Under the pieces are notes generated by a model. It saw only the letters and a list, made by a program, of their open reading frames with translations, had not been told where the DNA came from and searched no databases. Both the position numbers and the translations under genes were made by a program. Of a DNA stretch of 64,000 nt, positions 43,380 to 51,569 are shown piece after piece. The first letter of the stretch is position 1. Each line of letters opens with the position of its first letter. Source of the DNA: Acutalibacteraceae bacterium (GTDB lineage Bacteria; Bacillota; Clostridia; Oscillospirales; Acutalibacteraceae). The DNA is taken from the NCBI GenBank assembly GCA_045616765.1, contig JAZLHL010000012.1, positions 1,756 through 65,755 of the forward strand, in the 5' to 3' direction.

Positions 43380-44249
43380 TTATTCTTCAAGATTTCTGCG
43401 CCAATGGAAAAGATACTGCTGCGCTATGCCCTGCGTACCGTCAACACACTCGGGCAAGCCGTTCGGGTAAAGCTCGGCAACGATGCGCCTTACCCACACA
43501 TCAACGGGAAACGCCTCGTGCCTGCCGAAGCCGTAAAGCAGCGCACATTGAGCCACTTTTTCGCCCACGCCTTTTATTTTAAGAAGCTCCGCCTTTGCCT
43601 CGTCAAAGGGCAGAGATTTCACTTTTTCAATATCCACCTCGCCCGAAGAAATCTTGCGGGCGGCATCAATTATGTACTTTGCGCGAAAACCGGAGCGTAT
43701 AACGGCTAAATCTTCGACCTCGAGCGCCGCAATTTTTTCGGCAGACGGGAACGAATACGCACCGCCGATATCATCGCCGAAATTTTCGCAAAGGCGGTCT
43801 ATTATGCCCTTTATACGCGGAATGTTGTTGTTAGCCGAAATAATGAATGAACAGACCGTTTCCCACTCATCCTGCTTTAAAATCCTTATACCGTAATACT
43901 GCGAGCAGGCTTTTATAAGGTTTTCATCGGTATATGAAGCAATAATGGCGGCATAGTCGGTGTCAAAGTCGAAATAGCCACGCCACAGAGAATTGAAATC
44001 CTCCTCGCTCGTGTTATAAAGCACAGCGGTATCGCCCTCTGTTTTCAGTTCAAGATATTTCCCCTTCACAACGCCGCACCACACGCCGTTTTCATTCTGT
44101 TTCCAACGGAAAGCCTGACCGCAATCGAGGGTCAGCCCGTCATTAAAGCAATCGACAGATTTAAGAACAAGGTCGCTGCCGTCCTTTATCAATATCACAT
44201 AAATCACCAAAATAAGAATAGCACAAAACCGCAAATAACAAAAGTACAT
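43380..44249 (-). CDS. ogg: 8-oxoguanine DNA glycosylase / HhH-GPD family DNA glycosylase
   Basis: An OGG_N-like segment ...LDCGQAFRW... is present. The HhH-GPD region is ...LLKIKGVGEKVAQCALLYGFGRHEAFPVDVW. The start is uncertain: no good RBS at 44249, and an in-frame TTG at about 44192 is possible. Confidence 0.75.
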   Translation of the reverse strand: MYFCYLRFCAILILVIYVILIKDGSDLVLKSVDCFNDGLTLDCGQAFRWKQNENGVWCGVVKGKYLELKTEGDTAVLYNTSEEDFNSLWRGYFDFDTDYAAIIASYTDENLIKACSQYYGIRILKQDEWETVCSFIISANNNIPRIKGIIDRLCENFGDDIGGAYSFPSAEKIAALEVEDLAVIRSGFRAKYIIDAARKISSGEVDIEKVKSLPFDEAKAELLKIKGVGEKVAQCALLYGFGRHEAFPVDVWVRRIVAELYPNGLPECVDGTQGIAQQYLFHWRRNLEE

Positions 44250-44713
44250 ACACGATTATTTAGAATTATTTAATAATTTCTACATTTTCAACAGTTTTTC
44301 AGCGCCGATTTATGCACAATTTCAGTACATAAATCGCTTGTAAAAATTGCCCAAATTTCACAAATAAATCCGCCGAAAAAATAATTCCGTAATGTATAAT
44401 AGTAAAGCAAGTACAACACACCGTATATTTTAATTGTCGAATTCTTTTTTCTAAATTGGCAATAAAATGTAGAAAACCTTTGATTTTAGCCATTTTCAAC
44501 GCTAAGTTACTTACAAATTGAACACTGTTTTGAACAAAAAAGGCATAAAGTCAATTATACAGTTTGTATAATTTAAGCATTGTATATTTTGCCAATCGTC
44601 GCTTTGCGACAAATAGCGACAACTTTCCATACTGTAAATTTCGCAAAAATTCTCGCCAAGAATTGTATAAAAAACGGCAAAATGACCAACATATTGAAAA
44701 AGGAGTGACGGAC

Positions 44714-44986
44714 TTGATAAAAGGTGTAAATAAGCAGGTACTTGAAATAACCGAAACGCAAAACAGTTTTTTTGAAAAAGCCATATTTTTCGTAAAGCCC
44801 GAGTATATGGGGCTGTCAGAGGGCAAGCTGCACGAGCGCGCAAAAAACGAACTTGAAACAACAGGCAGACCACCGCGACGCGACATAAAAAATCAGCCTC
44901 ACCGCGCAAAAGCAGCAGTCGCAGTAGTTTCGGCAGCAGCTCTTGCGGTCGGCATTATTATAGGATTAATGATCGCAAAATTGTGA
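44714..44986 (+). CDS. Small C-terminally membrane-anchored protein, unknown function
   Basis: TTG start 8 nt after AGGAG. The product is (M)IKGVNKQVLEITETQNSFFEKAIFFVKPE...AAVAVVSAAALAVGIIIGLMIAKL. Confidence 0.55.
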   Translation: MIKGVNKQVLEITETQNSFFEKAIFFVKPEYMGLSEGKLHERAKNELETTGRPPRRDIKNQPHRAKAAVAVVSAAALAVGIIIGLMIAKL

Positions 44987-45094
44987 CCTCATAATTCACG
45001 CCGCAAGCTCAGTAGTGTTTACGGCGTGAATTTTAATTACTGTATTGCACTTTATATAAAATAGTGGTAAACTGTAATAAAGTGAGATGATACT

Positions 45095-46579
45095 ATGCAA
45101 TATAAATACATATTTTGGGATTTTAACGGCACCGTCATTGATGATGTAACAGTCGCGCTCACCTGCGTAAACGATATGCTTGACCGCAGGGGAAAACCTC
45201 ACATCAATATGGAACAGTATTATGATTATGTAGAAACGCCGATTATCGGCTTTTACCGTCACATACTTACGCCGGAAGAACTTGATTTTGATGTGATCAG
45301 CCGCGACTACCACGCAGATTATGCCCGTCACGGCGATATGCTCAGGCTTGCAGATGGCATATTCGATCTTATTCACGAGCTCAAAGACGCAGGCGTTCAC
45401 CAATATATAATCACCGCCACCCATGCCGATGAAGCTAATAATCTGCTTGAAAAGTTCGGCATACGCGATTGTTTCGATGAGGTTTTAGGTGCCGGTAACC
45501 TCCTTGCCGAAAGCAAATCAGGCAGAGCGCTGGAGCTTTTTGACAGCCTCGGCATAAACAGAAACGAAGCGATTTTTATAGGTGATACACTTCATGACCT
45601 TGAAACCGCAAATGTGCTCGGTATCGACTGTATTCTTGTTTCTTACGGTCACCAGGGGAAAAAGCTCATAAACGCACACGGCGCATTCACAGTTGACACA
45701 CCTGCCGACATCAAGCGCATACTATACGACGAAAGAGTTATTGACCTGCACACACATTCCTCGCGCTCGGACGGTACGCTCACACCCGCAGAGCTTGTCC
45801 GCAAGGCAAAGGAAATCGGTCTTTCGGCAATAGCACTCACAGACCACGACTCCGTTGACGGCATAGCCGAAGCCGCCGCAGAGGCTGAAAAAATCGGCAT
45901 AGAGTTCGTGCCGGGCATAGAGCTTTCCACCGCACAGGGTGCGGAAATACATATACTCGGACTTTTTATTGACCCCGAAAATGAGGAGCTGCTCAACACA
46001 ATAAAAACCTTGCGTGAGAGCCGCTCCACGCGTATGGCGCGTATGTGCGAAAACCTGCAAAAACTCGGCTTTGACATTTCACTTGATGATGCCGCCAAAG
46101 AATCCGGCAGCGAAAAATTCACCGGCAGACCTCACATTGCGCTCGCAATGGTCAAGAAAGGCTACTGCGCCAGCGTTCAGGAGTGCTTCGATAAATACAT
46201 CGGTTTCGGCAAGCCCGCCTATGTTAAAAAGGCAGTGTTGACCGCCAACGATGCCGTTAAACTCGTACGCAAGGCAGGCGGCGTTGCGGTATTCGCCCAC
46301 CCGCACCAGACGGGCTTCGATAACAAAAAGCTCGATGAACTTATAAAAGCACTGAAAAAAGACGGATTAAATGCCGTTGAAGGTTATTACACCGAATTCA
46401 CCAAAGATAACATATCCGATTTTCGCGCACTCGCACAAAGCAATTCGCTTATACTCACAGGCGGCTCAGATTACCACGGCGCAAGCAAAATGAAAATCGC
46501 ACTCGGAACCGGGTACGGCAACCTGAGAATTCCGTACTTTGTACTTGAAAACATAAAAAATTTACATAAAAATCAATAA
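45095..46579 (+). CDS. Fusion protein: N-terminal HAD-superfamily phosphatase plus C-terminal PHP-domain phosphoesterase (TrpH/YciV-like)
   Basis: HAD motif I is IFWDFNGTVIDD, and FIGDTLHD is also present. The PHP domain starts IDLHTHSSRSDG...LTDHDSVDG and ends ...GGSDYHG. Confidence 0.85.
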   Translation: MQYKYIFWDFNGTVIDDVTVALTCVNDMLDRRGKPHINMEQYYDYVETPIIGFYRHILTPEELDFDVISRDYHADYARHGDMLRLADGIFDLIHELKDAGVHQYIITATHADEANNLLEKFGIRDCFDEVLGAGNLLAESKSGRALELFDSLGINRNEAIFIGDTLHDLETANVLGIDCILVSYGHQGKKLINAHGAFTVDTPADIKRILYDERVIDLHTHSSRSDGTLTPAELVRKAKEIGLSAIALTDHDSVDGIAEAAAEAEKIGIEFVPGIELSTAQGAEIHILGLFIDPENEELLNTIKTLRESRSTRMARMCENLQKLGFDISLDDAAKESGSEKFTGRPHIALAMVKKGYCASVQECFDKYIGFGKPAYVKKAVLTANDAVKLVRKAGGVAVFAHPHQTGFDNKKLDELIKALKKDGLNAVEGYYTEFTKDNISDFRALAQSNSLILTGGSDYHGASKMKIALGTGYGNLRIPYFVLENIKNLHKNQ

Positions 46580-46601
46580 TAGAAGCCCCGAGGGGCAAAA
46601 T

Positions 46602-46642
46602 AAATCCGTCGGTTACAGCATTGTAACCGGCGGGATTTTTTA
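46602..46642 (+). terminator. Intrinsic terminator
   Basis: AAATCCGTCGGTTACA-GCAT-TGTAACCGGCGGGATTT followed by TTTAT. Confidence 0.85.
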
Positions 46643-46714
46643 TTTGTGGCACGAGCCCCAAGCTGCTTTGTGACACAAAGTGAAATACAATTCGTGACAC
46701 AAAGAGAGGATGCT

Positions 46715-47587
46715 ATGAACGGTCTTATAAAAATAGAAGCAAAAAGGATTTTACTCGGCAAAACGGCAAAATGCTTTGTTGCTTCGTTTACGTTGTTTTT
46801 AATTAAAGCAGCACTTACTGCCGCCGCGGTGTTCGGTGTATACGCTCTTACCAAACGCGAATTTTTCATAAAATATACGGAAGCCGTGGGCGGTCTGCCC
46901 GCAAACCTTACGGTTATTGCGGCACTTGCGGTCATTCGCCTTGCGGCGCTTACGGCGATCTGTGCGCTGCATCTCGGCGAAATTTCATTTTATACGGAAC
47001 TATGTGAAAACGGAAGACCCGAATTTTCAAGGCTCTTTTCATACTGTAAGCCGAAAAAAGCTTTCAAAGCTTTCAGGCTCTATGCCTCTTTATTTACACT
47101 TAAAGCCGCTTGGTTTCTGTTTTTTATGATTCCCGCGCTGTTGTGTGCGGTATCGGCATTTTTCACGGTTTACCGTGAGGGCATTTTTAATACCCCGGCA
47201 TATATTATGACGCTTGCTGCCGTAATACTGACCGTAATCGGGATAATGTTCTTTTACTGCATAACGCGGCGTTACAGCTTATGCTCATATTCGGCAATAA
47301 AAAATCACGAATTGAAAAACCGCGAAATCATACGGCAGGGCGTTGAAAGCACTGACGGCAGCCTTGCGGATGCCGCGCTTTTCGGCTTCTCAATGGCGGG
47401 GTGGCGTTTGCTTTCCATACTGCCGTTTTCATTCATATACGCCCTGCCCTACTGCAAAATCGCATACACATCATTTAATATTGCCGTTCACGAAAGCGCA
47501 AGCACTACGAGAGCATATACAAAAGCGCAAGCAGCAGAGTTTCGTCGGCATTTTCCTCGGCAAGCAGCAGCACCAGCGAAAGAATGA
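46715..47587 (+). CDS. Multi-pass membrane protein, unknown function
   Basis: The product is 290 aa from ATG 46715 (AGAGAGGA RBS) and has several hydrophobic helices. Its 3' 83 nt overlap the convergent gene 47505..47900. Confidence 0.65.
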   Translation: MNGLIKIEAKRILLGKTAKCFVASFTLFLIKAALTAAAVFGVYALTKREFFIKYTEAVGGLPANLTVIAALAVIRLAALTAICALHLGEISFYTELCENGRPEFSRLFSYCKPKKAFKAFRLYASLFTLKAAWFLFFMIPALLCAVSAFFTVYREGIFNTPAYIMTLAAVILTVIGIMFFYCITRRYSLCSYSAIKNHELKNREIIRQGVESTDGSLADAALFGFSMAGWRLLSILPFSFIYALPYCKIAYTSFNIAVHESASTTRAYTKAQAAEFRRHFPRQAAAPAKE

Positions 47588-47900
47588 GCGCACGGTCTTC
47601 GTCAATTTCCGGCAGATTGAGTGTCCCCTGCCGCATATTCTGTTTAACGCTTTCGGTCGGTGCATCATTACCGCGCAGGGCAGAGCCGCCTGCATAGCTT
47701 TTCAGCTTTTCAAGGTAATCGTCGGGCATGGGTACGCGCGTGGGCTGGGTTTTGACCGTAACCGCGGTGCTTTCCCGTTTATTCTCATCGGCGACGGAAT
47801 CAAGCCCCGATACGCTGCGGGCGCGCTTCTGCATCTCCTCAACGCGCCTCGCAGCATCGTTCTGCATTTTCATAATATCCGCATAGCTGTACTGAGCCAT
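47505..47900 (-). CDS. Hypothetical protein (131 aa) with the C-terminal hydrophobic motif ALILSLVLLLAEENADETLLLALLYML
   Basis: Third gene of a tightly coupled triplet. The start overlaps the upstream stop by 1 nt. Confidence 0.6.
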   Translation of the reverse strand: MAQYSYADIMKMQNDAARRVEEMQKRARSVSGLDSVADENKRESTAVTVKTQPTRVPMPDDYLEKLKSYAGGSALRGNDAPTESVKQNMRQGTLNLPEIDEDRALILSLVLLLAEENADETLLLALLYMLS

Positions 47901-48265
47901 TACATAATCCCCCTGTCCTTAAGCACCGGCAGCACCGACAGAAGCCGTATTATACGCGCGGCTTCGTCGGCTTTTTTGCGTCTGCCGTCGCTAAGAAGCG
48001 GCTTCATTGCATTTATAAAATCCACTCTGTCATCGTGCTCATTAAGCGCGGAAAGCACGGGTGCAAGACTGTTGAATAGCGCCATATCCGGCATACCGAG
48101 GGACTGAATACCGCCGCTTGCCGCAGGCGGCGACTGCTGCGCCGCACTTTCATCGGCTTTACCGCCGCTCATATTGCCGAGCACCGCTGCTGCGGTTTCT
48201 TTAAGCTTTGCCATATCGTCGGCGGAAAGCGAGCCGAGTATTGCGCTTAAATCCGGAGCCGCCAT
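47900..48265 (-). CDS. Hypothetical protein (121 aa)
   Basis: Coupled to both neighbours by 1-nt overlaps (TAATG). The composition looks coding-like. Confidence 0.6.
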   Translation of the reverse strand: MAAPDLSAILGSLSADDMAKLKETAAAVLGNMSGGKADESAAQQSPPAASGGIQSLGMPDMALFNSLAPVLSALNEHDDRVDFINAMKPLLSDGRRKKADEAARIIRLLSVLPVLKDRGIM

Positions 48266-48522
48266 TATCTTTTACCTCCGCCGAATTTTTCAAATAGCGC
48301 ACGCGCCGCATCACTTTCGAGAATAGTGCGCATTTTGTTTTCATCCGCAAGCACCTCACTGAGCTTTGCCGCCTGCGCACCCGAAAGATTATTGTTTATA
48401 AAATCCCTGACATCCGCCTCGTTTTTCGGCGTGCCGCCGTTATTCTTCAAGCCGAGAGCCTTAATGGCTTCACTTAAATCACTAAAATCTTTATTACCCA
48501 TTGAAATCGCCGCCTTAAACAT
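48265..48522 (-). CDS. Hypothetical protein (85 aa; alternative start ATG 48501)
   Basis: First gene of the triplet. There is no SD before 48522. An AAGGCGG lies before the internal ATG at 48501. Confidence 0.55.
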   Translation of the reverse strand: MFKAAISMGNKDFSDLSEAIKALGLKNNGGTPKNEADVRDFINNNLSGAQAAKLSEVLADENKMRTILESDAARALFEKFGGGKR

Positions 48523-48562
48523 ATATAATGTACTAAATACTTATGAAAGCGACGGTAACAAT

Positions 48563-49024
48563 ATGCGCATTCTTGTTCTTTCCGACGCTCACGGCAGATT
48601 ATCGTACATTCTCGATGCTATTGAAGCGGAGCCGACGGCGCAGTACATTTACTTTCTCGGCGACGGAATAGCCCAGCTTGAAGAGGCGGCGCAGTTCCAC
48701 CCGGACAGAACATATATCACCGTTACAGGCAACTGCGATTTTTCATCGAAATATCCGCAGCGCGATATACGCGAGCTCGGCGGCAGGCGCATACTTGCCA
48801 CGCACGGCTTTGTTGAACGCGTAAAAGACGGGCTTTTTGATTTGCGCATAGATGCCAATGACGAGCACTGCACCATAGCGCTTTACGGCCACACACATGA
48901 GCCGAAATCCGATTTTGTTGCGGGGCTGTACCTGTTTAACCCCGGCAGCATACGCGACGGCAATTACGGCGTAATTGACATAATCGGCGGCGGTGTTATG
49001 TGTATAAACAAACACCTGCAATAA
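48563..49024 (+). CDS. YfcE/MJ0936-family metallophosphoesterase
   Basis: The product contains MRILVLSDAHGRL...YFLGDG...GNCD...THG...YGHTHEP. The start was trimmed from the track ORF. Confidence 0.85.
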   Translation: MRILVLSDAHGRLSYILDAIEAEPTAQYIYFLGDGIAQLEEAAQFHPDRTYITVTGNCDFSSKYPQRDIRELGGRRILATHGFVERVKDGLFDLRIDANDEHCTIALYGHTHEPKSDFVAGLYLFNPGSIRDGNYGVIDIIGGGVMCINKHLQ

Positions 49025-49048
49025 GTAAAATTTCAAGGAGTGGTAAAT

Positions 49049-49813
49049 TTGGATTTTAAGACAAACTGGCTGATGTACGGCATTGCGGCATTCGTAATAC
49101 TGTTTGTGGTAGCCGAATCCGTATTCTTCATAGTCAAGGCGTGGAAACGCGCGGGCGTTCTCGGTATGGATAAGCAAAAGCTTAAAGATGCCGCGACCTC
49201 GAGCGCACTGTTCACGATAGCACCGGCTATTTCAATACTCGCAACGGTAATTGCGCTGACCTCGGCACTCGGCATAGTGCTGCCGTGGATTCGCCTTTCC
49301 GTAATAGGCAACCTTCAGTATGAAACCGTGGCGGCGGAGGCTATACTCAATCAACTCGGCGGCAGTATCTCGCGCGAGGTAACCGAAATGAAAGACTTTT
49401 CGGCTATTGCCTGGGTCATGACGATAGGCAGCGTGTTCCCGCTTATTCTTCTTCCCATACTCTGCAAATCAATTCAGAAAAAATTCGGTAATGTGGTCAG
49501 AAGCGAAAAGGTTTCCGCACTTGCCGATGTGATTTCCGCCGCGGCACTCATAGGCATTATCGCCGCGTTCGTCTGCCGCGCCATAAACGGCAAAAGTGCA
49601 GACGGCACAAACGATGCCGGCTTCCTTTCAATAGCGACGATGCTTACATCCATACTCGTATTCCTTGTTCTCGACACACTTGCAAAGAAATTCAAGTTAA
49701 GTAAATTTGAAAACTTTGTTATGCCCATAGCGATGTTTATAGGTATGGGTATGGCAATAGTACTTACAAATCTCCTGCCTGCTTCAATAGTCGGCTGGAC
49801 ATGGTGGAATTAA
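49049..49813 (+). CDS. Multi-pass membrane protein, unknown function
   Basis: In-frame TTG 49049 lies 8 nt after AAGGAG. The track GTG 49040 overlaps the RBS. The product is hydrophobic throughout. Confidence 0.7.
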   Translation: MDFKTNWLMYGIAAFVILFVVAESVFFIVKAWKRAGVLGMDKQKLKDAATSSALFTIAPAISILATVIALTSALGIVLPWIRLSVIGNLQYETVAAEAILNQLGGSISREVTEMKDFSAIAWVMTIGSVFPLILLPILCKSIQKKFGNVVRSEKVSALADVISAAALIGIIAAFVCRAINGKSADGTNDAGFLSIATMLTSILVFLVLDTLAKKFKLSKFENFVMPIAMFIGMGMAIVLTNLLPASIVGWTWWN

Positions 49814-49828
49814 GGGGGGGTGCGCACA

Positions 49829-50491
49829 ATGAAAAAAGCAAAAACTTATTTTGACAAGCTTCATACTTGGGGAAGAATATGGATACTGTCCGCATTATTT
49901 GTATTGCTCAGTGTTCCCCTCATTTTCTCGCTTTACTACAATGTGTGGCCCGATGCAGAGCCGATGTTCAAGGCGCTTTTGAGTGTTATACCGCTTTATT
50001 GGGGCACCGCGGTAATAGAGGTCGTAACATACTCCCCCATGCTCGGCACGGGCGCATACCTGAGCTTCGTCACCGGCAACATAGCAAACCTCAAGCTGCC
50101 CTGCGCTTTGAGCGCAATGGATAAGGCAGGCGTTAAGGCGGGCACCGAGGAGGGCGACATAATCGCCACCGTTTCCATAGGCGTTTCCTCAATAGTCACC
50201 ACGGTAATAATTGCCGCAGGCGTTATTATTCTCGGTCCGGCAATTTCAAAAATCACCGCGCCCGATTCATTCTTTGCCCCGGCATTCAATCAGGTGCTGC
50301 CCGCACTGTTCGGCGCACTCGGCGCGGCATACTTCAAAAAGTATTTCAAAATAAGCGTATTCCCGATTGTAGTCGGCTGCATAGTGCTCCTGTTCAGCCC
50401 GACATTGCCCGTAGGTACACTCATTGTTGTAACACTCGTTGCGGCAATCGGCGGCGCATTCGCAATGTTCAAATTAAAGCTTGTGAAATAA
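49829..50491 (+). CDS. Multi-pass membrane protein, unknown function
   Basis: ATG 49829 follows a GGGGGGG RBS. The product begins MKKAKTYFDKLHTWGRIWILSALFVLL... It is probably co-transcribed with the previous gene. Confidence 0.7.
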   Translation: MKKAKTYFDKLHTWGRIWILSALFVLLSVPLIFSLYYNVWPDAEPMFKALLSVIPLYWGTAVIEVVTYSPMLGTGAYLSFVTGNIANLKLPCALSAMDKAGVKAGTEEGDIIATVSIGVSSIVTTVIIAAGVIILGPAISKITAPDSFFAPAFNQVLPALFGALGAAYFKKYFKISVFPIVVGCIVLLFSPTLPVGTLIVVTLVAAIGGAFAMFKLKLVK

Positions 50492-50502
50492 GAACAATAA
50501 AT

Positions 50503-50547
50503 AACGGGTTGTGACGAAACGATGTTCCGTCACAACCCGTTGTTTTT
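50503..50547 (+). terminator. Intrinsic terminator
   Basis: AACGGGTTGTGACG-loop-CGTCACAACCCGTT followed by GTTTTT. Confidence 0.85.
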
Positions 50548-50622
50548 GCAGATATTCGGAGGAATATTCGTTATTTTGGTTGAACCTTTTCGGTTTTTGT
50601 ATATGAAAAATGAGAACGAACA

Positions 50623-50933
50623 GTAGGGGTGCCACACTGTGGCACCCGGGTCAATCGCGCAGCGATTGACAGTTTGCCGCCACCTTTCGGTTTCCGATTG
50701 CGGAAATTCGTAGGAACTTGTAGGGGGCGCATAGTATGCGCCCCGGTTTGCCCGAAGCGGTGTTTGAAGCGCGAATGCGCGAGAATGCACGCGAAGGGCA
50801 AAAGGAAAACCGCGTTGATTTCGTGTAATCAGCGCGATTTTTATAATATATGTTGTTTTCATCCGTCAATCACTCGGGCACACACGGTGCCGCTGCGCGA
50901 TTGACCCGGGCGCCCCGGGTGCGGCGCCCCTGC
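50623..50933. repeat. Second cluster of REP-like GTAG+hairpin elements (mostly inverted relative to 1460-1678)
   Basis: GTAGGGGTGCCAC..GTGGCACCC lies at 50623-50647. The palindrome GTCAATCGCGCAGCGATTGAC lies at 50650-50670. TTGTAGGGGGCGCAT..ATGCGCCCC lies at 50718-50744. A block of about 55 nt is the reverse complement of 1531-1585. Confidence 0.7.
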
Positions 50934-50971
50934 CGATTGTTCTTATTTTCGCATTGAAAAACCGAAAACTC

Positions 50972-51514
50972 TCAATTCTCTGCCGTGAGTATTTTTTCTG
51001 CTTTGAGTATCACCGTCTGTGTTTTCGCATCTTTTATTTCGCCGTTCATAACCATTTCCACCGCTTTTTTGAGCGAAATAAGCTCAACATTTATGAACTC
51101 ATCTTCATCCAGATCCTGCTCGCCGCCGTGCAGTCCGCGCGCAAGGTAAAGGTAAATTACCTCGTCAATCATAGCGGGCGTGGTGTAAAGCTCGCCCATG
51201 GGTATAAGCTCATCGGCGGTAAGCCCCGTTTCCTCGCGCAGCTCGCGCTTGGCGGCTTCAAAAATATCCTCGCCGCGCTCGAGCTTGCCTGCGGGCGCTT
51301 CAAGCGTTACGCGGTCAAATGCATAACGGAACTGCTTAACGAAATATGCATTCCCGTTTTCATCTACCGGCAGTACGCACACCGCGCCCGGGTGGCGTAT
51401 CACCTCGCGCACCGCCTCGTTGCCGTCGGGCAATTCAACGGTATCACGGTAAAGGTGTATAAGCACGCCGTTAAAAACCTCGGTCGAGGTAAGTTTCTTT
51501 TCTTCAAGCTTCAT
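50972..51514 (-). CDS. NUDIX hydrolase (ADP-ribose pyrophosphatase-like)
   Basis: The Nudix box is GKLERGEDIFEAAKRELREETG. The start was trimmed to ATG 51514, which has a GGAGG RBS. Confidence 0.85.
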   Translation of the reverse strand: MKLEEKKLTSTEVFNGVLIHLYRDTVELPDGNEAVREVIRHPGAVCVLPVDENGNAYFVKQFRYAFDRVTLEAPAGKLERGEDIFEAAKRELREETGLTADELIPMGELYTTPAMIDEVIYLYLARGLHGGEQDLDEDEFINVELISLKKAVEMVMNGEIKDAKTQTVILKAEKILTAEN

Positions 51515-51569
51515 ATTTTCCTCCGATTTAAGAAGTGCGGCATCCGCAAGGATACCGCACAAAATTTTC

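Noticed and set aside
44299-44909. Several overlapping 60-130-aa ORFs on both strands in the AT-rich gap
   Set aside because: Their composition is biased (F/I/L/K/N-rich) and none has an RBS. They are mutually overlapping. Only the TTG-initiated 44714-44986 frame has a proper AGGAG and a plausible product.
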